64,000 nucleotides of DNA from Schmidtea polychroa (GCA_044892525.1 CM097885.1:234672001-234736000); one strand, 5' to 3'. Counted from the stretch's first letter, positions 1 through 19,100 are shown. Translations and numbers: made by a program. The notes: generated by a model not told the origin, from the sequence alone.

Positions 1-2
1 TA

Positions 3-3000
3 CAAATAGGGGGTAATGTTCCAATAATACAAAAAGATCTAAGGGGTACCCATCAAATATTAAGTTTAAATACTAGCGACTTAAATATAAAGGAAATAAT
101 ATTTCCTGAACAATTAATTATAAAATTACGAGATATTATTAACGAATTAGGCTCCGTCAAAATTCAATTCGGAATAACAATCGAATTTGAAAAAGATGGG
201 GAAATAAAGGTTAATAATATTTCGAATTACGCAAAACCTTTAACTGCCTCATTTTTTGACGAAGGCATTAGGGAACTAAACGAGAAAATAAGTAATATCA
301 CAGAGTTAGGAAGTAGCTGGATCATAAAAAAAAATAACAGAAATTCACTTCACCATAACAAAGATAAGTAGGCTAAGTAGATTAAGTGGTAGGAGTTTCA
401 TTGAACTACCTACTTATCTAAAAAATAAATATTGTTTAATTAATATAAAAAACACCGATGATTCATGTTTTTTATATAGCATTTTAGCTATTTTAAAATA
501 TGATGAGGTTAGTAGTTATGCTAGAAATAGGACATCCAGTTATAATTTATCTGAGTTAATATATAATCCATTGGACTTACCCATGAAATTAAAAGATATT
601 AGAAAATTCGAGGCCAAAAATCCTGGTTTAATAATTAACGTTTTTTCTTATGACAATAACAAACAATTAATAGATAATTACGTTTTAAAACACCCACATT
701 TAGACATTATACATCGTTCCAAAGTTTTAAATGGAACTGTAATTAATTTACTATTATTAAATAAAGGGAACAATTTCCATTACGTTGCTATAAGCAATTT
801 AAATAGGTTATTGAATTGTGGTATCAACACTACTTGTCCTACACGCATACGTTCATTATGGTGCCATCGGTGTTTGAATGGGTTTAATAATAGAAACGCA
901 CTAGAAAAACATGAAATATTATGCAAACGTAATCAATTAGGAACAACTCTTTATACTTTCCCTCAAAATAAATTCTTACAGTTTACTGACTGGTCGAAAA
1001 CAGTAACTCCTCCTTTTGTAGTTTATGCCGATTTTGAGGCTGTTTTACCTTCTGATAATGATCATTTTCAGCGACACATGCCAATATCTGCTGGTCTTTT
1101 ACTAGTAAATAACTTTGACGGATCTAAATCTTATCAGCAGTTCATAGGTTTAGATTGCGTCGAGAGTTTTTTAAGTGCTATAGAGGATATAGCATTAAAT
1201 AAGGTTCTTCCTTTTTATTATAAAATGGGTAGGAAACCAATGATTAAATTAACGAAAATTGAGCAACAACAATTCATTAATTCAACGGTTTGTTATCTTT
1301 GTTTGAAATCTATCGTGGATCCTGTTAGAGATCACGATCATTTTACGGGGAAATACTTGGGTGCAGCTTGTAGCACATGTAACGTAAATAGAAAAATAAA
1401 TAAAATTTTGCCTATCGTATTTCACAACTTGAAGGGATACGATATGCACCATATACTTAAATATGGATTAAATAAATTTAAAAATTGGAATTTAGGGTGC
1501 ATCCCAATAACTACGGAAAAATTTATATCTTTGATTGCTCATTTAGGTAAAATTAGCCTAAGATTCATTGATTCGTATCAATTTGTCAATGATTCTTTGG
1601 CTAAAGCAGTCAAAACTTTGAATTCTTTGCCTTTTACTAATTCTGCTTTTTCTGGCACCATTGTAAGTGAAAAAGGAATCTTCCCTTATAATTTCGCCAC
1701 TTCTTTAGATATTCTCCAAACTACTTATGAATTACCACCAATCTGGGAGGGTGTCACTGAGCTTGAGTATGAAAAAGCTCAGGAGATTTGGGTAGAAACT
1801 AATTGCGTAACTTTATTAGATTATATGATGATCTACCTAAAACTTGATTGTTTTCTTTTGGCTGATTTCTTTCATCAGTTTCGGTTGAAATCCATTGCTC
1901 ACAATAGATTGGAACCATTGAATTATTTCGGAATTCCAGGCATGTCTTGGTCTTCTGCATTAATGTCTTTAAATGAACCAATTGAACTCATAACTGAAAA
2001 CGAAATGTTTAGCTTTTATGAGGGTGGAATAAGAGGCGGTCTTACTTTTGTGAATAAGCATTACGTAAAAACCGACGAGAACACCGAGTTACTATATATA
2101 GATATTAATAATCTTTATGGCTGGGCTTTAAGTCAATCATTACCTTGTGGCGAATTTTGTTGGGTTCTTGATGGATTTGATAAAATAATGGATGAATGTA
2201 GGAATTTAAATCTTGAATCTTTGTCTTATGGATACACACTTGAAGTTGATCTTGTAATTCCTTCTGAGCTTCATGATAAGTTGGATGATTTCCCTGTAGC
2301 TGCTGAAAAAATGAAACCTGCTGGGTCTAAGGTTGAAAAATTATTATTAACTCATCTTCCAAAATCTAATTATGTTATTCATTGGAGATTATTAAAATTA
2401 TATTTGGAACTTGGTGTTAAAGTAACACGTGTAAATAGGGGTGTAAGATTTAAGCAATCACCAATTTTTAAAAAATATATAGATACAAATACCGAATTAA
2501 GATCAAAAAGCGTAAATAGCTTAGATAAAAATTATTATAAATTGCTAAATAATAGTTTATACGGCAAAACAGTTGAAAATTTAAAGAGAAGAATGAATCT
2601 TCGTCTTTGTACAACTGCCGGTAAATTAGTTAAATATTCGTCAAAACCGACTTTTAAAAAATCTATTAAAATAGCAGATAATTTAATTGCAGCACTATTG
2701 AATTCCGATTCTATATGTTTAGATAGACCGAGTTACATTGGTCAATCTGTACTTGATCTATCTAAACTTAGAATGTATGAATTGCAATATAAGGATTTAG
2801 AATCATTTCGCAATGAGTTTAATTGTAAAATTAATATCGTTGCAGGTGATACAGATTCTTTTTTCCTCGAAGTCATTAACTGTAAACTTGAGGTTCTTTT
2901 ACCTGCAATGGTTCGAGATAATTTATTGGATACTTCCAATTACAATAGTTGTCATTCCTTATATAGTAAGAACCTTGATTCAGTCATTGGAAGGTTCAAA

Positions 3001-3453
3001 GACGAGAATAAAGGTCTTAAATATAAGGAGTGGGTTTTTCTTAGACCTAAATGTTATAGCTTGTTGGGTGATGAGGAAACAAAAAAGGCTAAAGGTGTAA
3101 CATTGAAAGGTAGTGACATAAAACATCAGTCATACCTGGATTGTTATAACACTAACCAGATTTTTTCGGTTCCTCAGACTAAAATAACAAGCAAAAATCA
3201 TCAAATTTTTACAATTAAAAATATTAAAATAGCACTAACTAATAAAGATGACAAAAGGGTTTGGGTGGGGAAAAATACTAGTCTTGCATATGGGCATGTA
3301 AGATTAAGTGAATTAAATATTGCAGAAAATGTTTCAGAAAATGTTTCAGAAAATGTTGGAGAAAATGATGGAGAAGATGAGGAAGAATTAAATGAAGATT
3401 TTGGAGAAGATGACATCGATATCGATGACGTTATTTTGTCCGATGAGGACTAA
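3..3453 (+). CDS. Protein-primed family B DNA polymerase, copy 1 (5' end outside window; +1 frameshift in A9 run at 326-334)
   Basis: Motifs YADFE, FHNLKGYD, YLKLD (exonuclease), CxxC..DHDH..CxxCN (EndoVII-like), YIDINNLYG, KLLNNSLYGK, GDTDS and KAKGV are present. Frame 3 from position 3 (QIGG...GSVKIQF...LNEKI...GSSW) aligns with the N-terminal part of PolB copy 2. Confidence 0.93.
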
Positions 3454-3689
3454 TTTTATTGAATAAATTTTATATCTTTACATTTGTTATTTGGTAAATT
3501 TTTATGTTTGTTATGTGTCTAGTTCATTTTTATGTGTTTAGTTAATGTTTATATGTTTTGTTATGTGTCTAGTTATTTTTATGTGTTTAGTTAATTTTTT
3601 ATGTGTTGTATAGTATTTGGTTGATATATTATTAATATTATTTTTATTATTATTATTATTATTATTATTAATATTATTTTTATTATTAC

Positions 3690-3739
<50 letters not shown>

Positions 3740-3747
<8 letters not shown>

Positions 3748-4760
3748 TCATAAAAATTTTCATTAAAAATTATCTTAAAAATTATTCTATTAAAATTTCC
3801 ATTAAAAATTATCTTAAAAAATTATTCATAAAAATTTCCATTAAAAATTACCATTGAAAATTATTCATAAAAATTTCTATTAAAAATTACTTAAAAAATA
3901 ATTCATTAAAATTTCCATTAACAAATTTCAATTCTCAAACACCTTCTATTTTTGTTAATAAATTTAAAAATCTTACTTTAATTTACTTATTACATTACTT
4001 TAATTTACTTATTTAAAAATTATTACTTTAATTTACTTATTTAACTTTAATTTAAATTTTTTTTACCATTGATTATTTAATTTTAAAATTTGGACCTTAA
4101 TTAACTTTAATTTAATTTTTAGAACCATAATTTACTTTAATTTTAAAATTTTTGACCATTATTTACTGTAATTTAATTTTTAGAACCATTATTTACTGTA
4201 ATTTAAAATATTTGGACCATTATTTACTTTAATATAATTTTTTAGGACCATTATTTACTTTAATTTAAAAATTTGGACCATAATTTACTTTAATTTAAAT
4301 TTTTGGACCATAATTTACTGTAATTTAATTTTTTAGAACCATTATTTACTTTAATTTAATTTTTAGGACCATTATTACCTTATTTGAAAAATGTTGACCA
4401 TAATTTACTGTAATTTAAAATATTTGGACCATTATTTACTTTAATTTAAAAATTTGGACCATAATTTACTTTAATTTAAATTTTTGGACAGTAATTCAAA
4501 AATTTTGACCATAATTTACTTTAATTTAATTTTTAAGAACCTAAATTTACTTTAATTTAAAAATTTGGACCATAATTTACTGTAATTTAATTTTTTAGAA
4601 CCATTATTTACTTTAATTGAAAAATCTTAGCCCATAATTTACTTATTTAGACCATAATTTACTTTATTTCAAAAATAAATCTGAACCTTGATTTACTTAA
4701 ATTTTTAGACCCATCATTTACTTTATTTTTAAATTTTAGACCCATAATTTGCTTTATTTT
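3740..4760. repeat. AT-rich tandem repeats; ~30-bp unit TTGGACCATAATTTACTTTAATTTAAA dominates 4070-4760
   Basis: About 20 degenerate copies of GACCAT(A/T)ATTTACT(T/G)TAATTT are visible. Confidence 0.85.
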
Positions 4761-5191
4761 AAAAATTTACTATGCGTTTTTTAATGTAAACCACCTTTTC
4801 TATTGAAATTCTCATGACCAAGAAGATCCCCTCACTATAGTGTGAAAAATCCATGCTTTTTTATTGAAGACTACCTTTTTCTATTGAAATTCTCAGGACC
4901 AAGGAGACCCACCCAAATAATATTTATCCTTGGCTTGTTTATTGAAAAAAAAAATTTTGTATTTAAAATCCCAGAAAACATTGGGCATTACGGCAACAAT
5001 TATGTAATCAAAAAATGTCTACGGAAAAAGTTATGCAATCAAAAGTTTGCAACATTTTTTACCCCCCCCCCCCCCCTATTGCTGCCGTAAGCCACTAACT
5101 ACCTACTTAAACCTAAACGTAAAACCCGTAAAACCCGTAAAACCAGTAAAAAAGTAGTTAAAAATCATCGCAGTTTTCCATTTTTAATGCA

Positions 5192-5482
5192 TTGTTAAAG
5201 GCCCCGAGTATGAAAAGAATGAATATATTGCAATCATTCCCAAATTTTGTTGTCGATGATTTACTCAATATTATACTTAAAGTAGTCAAAGGCAAAATTA
5301 AAATCAGTAAATCAAAAAAGCATTTATTGAGCAAACATAGGAAACCATTATTATCTTTAGTAAATAATAAAAATCGTAAGCAAATGAGGAAAATTATATA
5401 TAAACAACAAGGTGGATTTATTGGCGCATTGATACCTCTGGCATTATCATTATTAGGTGGAGTTGTAGGAAATCAATCATAA
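5192..5482 (+). CDS. Small basic Polinton virion/core-type protein ending in QQGG plus an amphipathic helix; true start is probably further upstream
   Basis: Lys-rich body, then KQQGGFIGALIPLALSLLGG. An upstream frame (5112-5186: PKRKTRKTRKTSKKVVKNHRSFPFL) joins it with a 1-nt indel. Confidence 0.6.
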   Translation: MLKAPSMKRMNILQSFPNFVVDDLLNIILKVVKGKIKISKSKKHLLSKHRKPLLSLVNNKNRKQMRKIIYKQQGGFIGALIPLALSLLGGVVGNQS

Positions 5483-5543
5483 ACAATGGGTGCTAATCCT
5501 TCATTGCACGACATTAAATTTAATTTTAAATCTTCTTGTTGTA

Positions 5544-5931
5544 ATGGAGAAGATTTGGACGAACCCCGAAGACGAAGCCGGTTTCGGTGGAGTGGCAAAA
5601 TTAAACAAAAGAGTTCCGAATTCGAAAAAAGAAACCCAGAAGTGGTTATCAGATCAGCTTGCGTACAGTTTGAACAAACCAATGCGGAAAAGATTTCCAA
5701 CAAGAGCGTATAAAACATTTGGTATTGACGATTTATGGCAAATGGATTTGATGGAGATGATACCATATTCGAAAATTAACAATGGGAATAAATATATTTT
5801 AACATGTATTAATGTATACAGCAGGTTTGCACGAGCAATACCAGTCAAGGCAAAATCTGCAGAAGAAATGTCCAAGGCAATTAATATTTTATTTAAAGAT
5901 GGACATCCTAATAACTTGCAAACAGATTTAG

Positions 5932-6011
<80 letters not shown>

Positions 6012-6641
6012 TTAGGTAAAGAATTCTACAATAGCAAAGTTAAGCAAATCCTCGATAAACTGAAAATAAATCACTACTCGGTACATTCTCAATACAAAGC
6101 TGCCCATGTTGAAAGATTTAATCGAACATTGAGAGATAGATTAAAGAAATTGTTCGTGCATCAAGGTAATAAAAAATGGGTAAATGCTTTACCGAAAATA
6201 ATAACAAGTTATAATCATTCATCACATCGAGGACTGAATGGATTGAGACCGGTTGATATTACATCAAAAACACCATTATCTAAAAAATCTGTAAAAATTG
6301 CAAAACCTAAATATAAAGTCGGTGACCATGTTAGAATTAGTAAAATTAGTGCATCACCATTTATTAAAAATTTTGATACAAATTGGAGTGATGAAGTCTT
6401 TGTAATTTCAAAAATAAATACTAAACAGAATCCTGTAATGTATGTCATCAAAGACAATGATAATAATATTGTACAGGGGAAATTTTATGAGCAGGAATTA
6501 CAAGTCATTCCTCCCCCAAAAGTATTTAGAATTCAAAAAATATTGAAAACTAAAAAGGTCGGTAAGGATAAACAATACTATATCAAATGGCACGGTTATC
6601 AAAACCCGTCATGGATATCGTCAAAAGACCTAGTAAAATGA
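5544..6641 (+). CDS. Retroviral-like (rve) integrase with C-terminal chromo-like domain; intron 5932-6015
   Basis: WQMDL, LQTDLG|KEF (restored by splicing), VERFNRTL and YYIKWHGY motifs. ATG at 5544. Confidence 0.92.
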
Positions 6642-7642
6642 ATTTTTATATTATTTTACCTAGCAATAGCTGTCCACTTATTCATCCAGATAATAAAGCC
6701 AGCAAATTCAGGGTCAATCTTCAAAATCCGATATATATGGATAATAGCTGGGAAGTTGCTCTGTTGGATTTTACATTTGTATACCAAGCCTTTCCATTTT
6801 ATAGTAAGGCTAAAATTGGATACAAAAAGAATGAGTGGCAGGATAGATTATTGTCTATGATCATTGATAATGCAGATGATGAAGTTCGGTTGTCTAATTC
6901 AACTGATCCAGCTGTGAAAATGTATATTAACCATCCATATATAGTAGTTGAATGTAAACATTTTCCTTTTACTGTAAAATTTGATAGTTTGGAAATGGCA
7001 AAACGATTGGAATTAAAAACCCAAAGTCATAAAGTTCTTTCCGATAAATTCACTGTGCTACGACCGGGATATTCCAAAACTGTACAGCGATTTGAACCAA
7101 TTTTATTTACAGTTTCATATCCGGGTATAACGTCTGGTACATTTGAGTTCAAAGATAATTTATACATTTCGAAATTGGATGAATTACAGACATATTTAAA
7201 ACAAAGTGGTTTATTTAAATCATTGGAAATATCAGACAGATTCAAATTCAGTTTGAATCCCGAATTTACTGAAATTACTTTTGATGCAAATCTAATAAAA
7301 ACATTAGGATTATCAAAAGCAACATATGCTCAAGATGATCAAGGTACCCTAGCTCCGAAAATAATTAAACTTCACCAACAAATGTTCATCTATAGTAATA
7401 TTGTTGATCCTGTAATTGTTGGCGATTCTTTGGTCCCACTCCTAAAATCTGTTTGGATTGAAAAATATGAACATGATGAAGTAGTCAATATAAATATCGA
7501 TAATCCCATGTATTTACCTGTGTCAACCTTATGTATAAACAATATAGAAATAAATATACGTGATGATTCTGGTAAATTAATCGCATTTCCAAAAGATTCA
7601 AAAACTCATTTAACATTACATTTTCGTAAAGTAGATGGCTAA
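6638..7642 (+). CDS. Minor capsid (penton-like) protein
   Basis: Starts MNFYIILPSNS..F.V.L..PI...WEVAL and ends FIYSNIV...VGD..VPLL...YLPV...I.INIRD..G...TLHFR, as in Polinton minor capsids. The ATG overlaps the integrase stop (ATGA). Confidence 0.85.
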   Translation: MNFYIILPSNSCPLIHPDNKASKFRVNLQNPIYMDNSWEVALLDFTFVYQAFPFYSKAKIGYKKNEWQDRLLSMIIDNADDEVRLSNSTDPAVKMYINHPYIVVECKHFPFTVKFDSLEMAKRLELKTQSHKVLSDKFTVLRPGYSKTVQRFEPILFTVSYPGITSGTFEFKDNLYISKLDELQTYLKQSGLFKSLEISDRFKFSLNPEFTEITFDANLIKTLGLSKATYAQDDQGTLAPKIIKLHQQMFIYSNIVDPVIVGDSLVPLLKSVWIEKYEHDEVVNINIDNPMYLPVSTLCINNIEINIRDDSGKLIAFPKDSKTHLTLHFRKVDG

Positions 7643-8003
7643 TTCGGATATTATAAGTATGTATAGTGGTAGCCAATCTGGCGGTGAATTACCATATTTT
7701 ATTGGTAAACAGTACGGATCAGGATGGTTGAGAACAATTGGTAGATTTGCACTTCCTATTCTTAAACGTATTGGTAGTTTTGGTATGAAAACTGCTAAAG
7801 ATGTTATTATGAATGAACAGAAAATATTACCATCTCTAAAATCAAATGCTTTAGCAGAATTAGGGAAAGTTTTACCCGGGGTTGCAGGTATGTTTCAAAA
7901 AGAAAAACCTCCAGCTCCAGCTCATGCTCCAAAACGTAAAAGACATGGAATATCACGTATAAACAAACGAATGAAAGGCCATGGAACTATATTTGCAAAA
8001 TGA
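7635..8003 (+). CDS. Small Polinton core/membrane-active-type protein
   Basis: QSGG..LPYF.G.QYGSGWLRTIGRFALPILK amphipathic segment plus a basic tail. Located between penton and hexon. Confidence 0.7.
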   Translation: MANSDIISMYSGSQSGGELPYFIGKQYGSGWLRTIGRFALPILKRIGSFGMKTAKDVIMNEQKILPSLKSNALAELGKVLPGVAGMFQKEKPPAPAHAPKRKRHGISRINKRMKGHGTIFAK

Positions 8004-9223
8004 TTTGTGGTAAATCTGAATTATGTATATTTGATAGACCGTCGCCACAGGCTGTAATAGAATTTGGGGCGTTTGAGGAAGTTTTTCCAATGAATTCAAT
8101 TACTGATAGTAGAAATGATATAGAGTTTTATATTAATGGTTCGCAAACTGAATATTTAGATTTGAACGATACTTTATTGACTGTTCAGATCAAGGTTATA
8201 GATAAAGATAAAAAAGCTTTGGGTGATGCTGCTGATGCAATACCGAACAATTTCATGTTTCATACTCTTTTTAAAGATGCTGTGTTGGGATTTAATAATA
8301 TCAAGATTGAAGGTGGTAATAATACATTCATTCACAAGGCTTTGATAGAAACTATTTTAAATTACAATTCCGATACTAAAAATACATGTCTTACTCCAAT
8401 GGGATATGCTGCAACCGACGATGAAAGAAAAAAGTGGATTAAAGGCTCAAAAACATTCACCATGTGTTCATCGTTACAACTCGATTTTATGGATCAACCG
8501 AAATATTTGCTTCCAGGAGTTAATGTCCACATTCGATTGAAAAGATCCGATTCTGCACTAACTCTTACTAGTGCTACAGGTGCACCAATATGTCAATTAG
8601 TTGATGCAAAATTATTGGTGAGAAGAGTACGAGTAGACCCCTCAGTATTAGCAGGTCATCAATTGGGTCTTAATTCAAAACATGCAATTTATCCATTAAA
8701 AACAAAGGAAATTGTACAATTTGCTATTGCTAAAGGTGCTTCATCATTCTATAAAGAACAAATATTTGGTGACAGAAGAATGCCTAATTTTATTCTGATA
8801 ACATTTCAAAGTGAAGCACAATATAATGGATCATATACTGCGTCCAGCTCAATTTTCAAAAACTTTGGTGTTACATCATTGACTTTGTCGAAAAATACTG
8901 ATTATAGAGAAACATATATTCAAGATTTCGAGAATGACAATTACTGTGCGACATATATGCAGAGCATTGTTAGAAATCTGGGTTACTTAGATAAAAATTT
9001 GAATTGTGGAATAACTCTAGAAGAATTTAAAAGCAAATATCCATTTTTTACATTTGTTTTAGCCCCTGATTTTGATTTAAATCAAAGTCAATTACCTCAA
9101 AATGGAAATTTACGACTGGATATAAAGTTTGCAAAAGCTATTACTGAACCAGTACATGTTAAAATATATGGAGTATTTGAAAATGAAGTTCAAATTACTG
9201 CAAATAGAACTGTGTTGGTATAA
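8000..9223 (+). CDS. Major capsid protein (double jelly-roll, hexon-like)
   Basis: 407 aa. KSELCIF, IEFYI..YLDL..T.L, QPKYLLPGVNVHIRLKRS and GNLRLDIKF..A motifs resemble Polinton major capsids. ATGA overlap with the upstream ORF. Confidence 0.88.
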   Translation: MICGKSELCIFDRPSPQAVIEFGAFEEVFPMNSITDSRNDIEFYINGSQTEYLDLNDTLLTVQIKVIDKDKKALGDAADAIPNNFMFHTLFKDAVLGFNNIKIEGGNNTFIHKALIETILNYNSDTKNTCLTPMGYAATDDERKKWIKGSKTFTMCSSLQLDFMDQPKYLLPGVNVHIRLKRSDSALTLTSATGAPICQLVDAKLLVRRVRVDPSVLAGHQLGLNSKHAIYPLKTKEIVQFAIAKGASSFYKEQIFGDRRMPNFILITFQSEAQYNGSYTASSSIFKNFGVTSLTLSKNTDYRETYIQDFENDNYCATYMQSIVRNLGYLDKNLNCGITLEEFKSKYPFFTFVLAPDFDLNQSQLPQNGNLRLDIKFAKAITEPVHVKIYGVFENEVQITANRTVLV

Positions 9224-9250
9224 ATGTATATTGAAACACAAAAAGTTGTC

Positions 9251-9636
9251 ATGGAGTAAGTTGTTTTTTTATACTCTGGATTTATTTAAATAGTTCTGTT
9301 CAGGTCAATAAAATCGGAAAACAGATATTGGGAAATGAATTTGTTGGAGTTTTTCCTCTTGATAAAATTCCATATTTGAGCAATAATCAAGCAATAATCG
9401 TCAATACTCAATCGTCTCATCTTGGTGGAGAACATTGGATAGCTATATATATGAAACCTGGTAATATATTCGTGTTCGATCCTATGGGTTTTTATTACCC
9501 GGCTTTGTTGATATCAATACTACAAACAATGGGGAAACCTATTGTGTATAATAAAACTATGTTTCAAAATCCCTTGACCCAAACATGTGGTCAACATTGT
9601 TTAGCTTGGTTATTGTACAAAAAATTTGATGTTTAA
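9251..9636 (+). CDS. Adenain-like cysteine protease; 38-nt intron 9256-9293 (alternative in-frame ATG at 9224)
   Basis: FVGVFP.D, IVNT...GEHW, FDPMG and Q....TCGQHC motifs give a His/Asp/Cys triad. Splicing GTAAG..AATAG yields MDSVQVNKIGKQILGNEF. Confidence 0.85.
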
Positions 9637-9734
9637 AGAAAAAAATGTTTAATAAATTTGATGTTTAATAAATGTATCCTTTCCTTTGTTGTTGTTGTGA
9701 TTATTAATATTATTATTAATATTATTATTATTAT

Positions 9735-9801
<67 letters not shown>

Positions 9802-10180
9802 ATTATTATTAATATTATTATTATTAATATTATTATTATTATTGTGAAAAATATTATTATTTTTAATTAATTTTATTATTATTTAAATAAATATTATTAT
9901 TTGTAACATAAAGACTGCCTTTGCCTGAAGCATGCACAGTGCAAGTTAACAAAGGCATGACTAACAAAGGCAGTCACATGTAATTTTGAATGATTTACAT
10001 TACATACATGCATGCGTGTGATTGGTTGAGAGAGTAAAATATTAGGTGTATATGTCTGTGTGTCTATATTCTGATTGGCTGGGACAGGAAAATATTCATT
10101 CTCTTTATAAACATTGACAAATCTAAAATTTGTCACAATTATTTCAAAATTTCAAAAATCTATTTCGATATCAATTTAAA

Positions 10181-16646
<6,466 letters not shown>

Positions 16647-16978
16647 ATATATCTTATTTAAAAACTAGACTTTTAATGTGTTTATTTTTATTTTTTATTG
16701 ATGTATTAAAAACTTCGGATAGTTTCAAATTTAATCATTTTTAATAATCGTAATAATAATTTTAATATGTGTATTTTTATTATTATTTTGAAAACATGTG
16801 ATAGTTTTCAAGTTTAAAAATTTTTATTATTAGTAATGAAAACTATTTTTAATATGGTCATTTTCATTTTTATTGGTATTTTGAGAATTTGTGATAGTTT
16901 CAATTTTATACATTTTTAAATAATAATAATGATGATAATAATAATGATGATATTAATAATGATGTTAATAATAAAAAT

Positions 16979-17031
<53 letters not shown>

Positions 17032-17040
17032 TAAGTAATA

Positions 17041-17082
<42 letters not shown>

Positions 17083-17112
17083 TTAATAATAATAAAACTT
17101 TAAACAGCTTGC

Positions 17113-17160
<48 letters not shown>

Positions 17161-17309
17161 CTTTAAACAGCTTGCAAGGTTACTAGTCATGCTTATTATA
17201 CATTTGATGGTTACAATTTCTACATTTTGAAAACTATATTTTGATTGGCTATCACAATTTTATAAATGTAAGAACAAAAGTAATTTAGTTATTAAGAAAT
17301 TTATTACTA

Positions 17310-17946
17310 ATGATTTCTATAAATAAAACTGATGAATGTGTAACACATTTGGTAACTTTATTATTTTGTCAATATTTTTTATATATACCATTTATAGCAA
17401 GGAAGTCCTACTAGAAATAAGGAAAAATTATGTCCAACCTATTCTGAAATTTCATTGAAATTTTTTAACAACACAGTTGAAGATTTTATAAATAATCATG
17501 ATACTTACAGTGATAAGCAACTCATAAATATTTAAAAGATTTTCAAACATTCCTCTATTGAATATTTGTTTGATTTATTTAATTATGAGAAATCCGTTTT
17601 AAAGTTATCTTGTTATTTAATGTACTTAGAAAAAATAGCAGTAAACAATGATTCACTGAATGAATACTTTTGGAGTTGTATGTATTTAAGGTTGAAACCT
17701 GGATATAGTAGATTGATTTATGATTGGATAGCAAAAACCGATTTGATTGAAAATAAGCTAACGAAAAAACTGAACGAGGTTAAGAAAAGGTATTTAACTT
17801 GTTCAATTTGTAAAGAAAATCGAGTTTCGGTTTTGTATTTACCATGTGGTCATGTAATTGTTTGTTCTAAGTGTCACGAGAAGAATGTTCGCAAGTGTCA
17901 AGCCTGTTCAACACTGATTAATGAATATCATACTATATATATTTAG
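17310..17946 (+). pseudogene. C-terminal C3HC4 RING (IAP/MDM2-type) protein; intron 17352-17397; in-frame TAA at 17533
   Basis: CSICKENRVSVLYLPCGHVIVCSKC...CQAC at the C-terminus. An upstream ATG exon splices in frame. Confidence 0.72.
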
Positions 17947-18099
17947 TTTACCTTTGTTAATTTTACATTATTTTATTGTTTAAATAAATGTATGTTTTGT
18001 TGATTTGTTGAACGTGACCAGTACCCTTGTGAGCATTACCCATAGGGGGACAAAATATTTTGTAGGATAGACTCGGAGTATATAGACTCGGTGTATATA

Positions 18100-18391
<292 letters not shown>

Positions 18392-18574
18392 CCTTGTGAG
18401 ATGTTGAGTGTAACCAATACCATTGAACTCTTTGAAGGTTATTGAACCTCCATAGACCTTAAATGGTCTCAAATACTCACCATTCAAATACCTTTTGAAT
18501 GAGCTATTCAATAATTAAAACCATTGGCGGGAACTCTGAAAATTTAAATTTAAAAAAAAATAATAAATTTAGCA

Positions 18575-19100
18575 TGACTCATCGCATGTCTCATATGACC
18601 TTGACCTTAAAAATATGACCTTGACCTTAAAAATATGACCTTGACCTTAAAAATATGACCTTGACCTTTAAATATGACCTTCACTTTTAAAAATATGACC
18701 TTGATGAGTCATAGTATGAGTCATATGACCTTGAAAACGAACTTGGTGAGTCATGGTCTTTGTTTCAATGACCTTGAATGAGTCATCGGATGAGTCATAT
18801 GCCCTTGAATGAGTCATCGGATGAGTCATATGACCTTGAATGAGTCATCGGATGAGTCATATGACCTTGAATGAGTCATCGGGTGAGTCATATGACCTTG
18901 AATGAGTCATCGGATGAGTCATATGGCCTTGAATGAGTCATCGGGTGAGTCATGGTCTTTGTTTCAATGACCTTGATGAGTCATATGTCTTTGTTTAAAA
19001 TTTGTCCTTGAAAAAAAATTAAAATGGCGGGGGGAGGGGGGGAGGGTGTATGTCTTTGTCCCAGAGGGCCGCTGGTTTAGTGGGCCGCTATCCCTCTACT
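18575..19100. repeat. Polinton right terminal/subterminal repeat region
   Basis: 20-bp ATATGACCTTGACCTTAAAA units, 31-bp ATGACCTTGAATGAGTCATCGGATGAGTCAT units, a G-run and terminal CTACT. Confidence 0.85.

Noticed and set aside
4842..5090. 82-aa ORF ending in poly-Pro, or the C-run as an element terminus
   Set aside because: GTG start within repeat-like DNA, and the surrounding sequence does not match the reverse complement of the right terminus.
5932..6015. Poly-isoleucine transmembrane segment in the integrase
   Set aside because: GT-AG boundaries and restoration of the QTDLGKEF motif make an intron far more likely.
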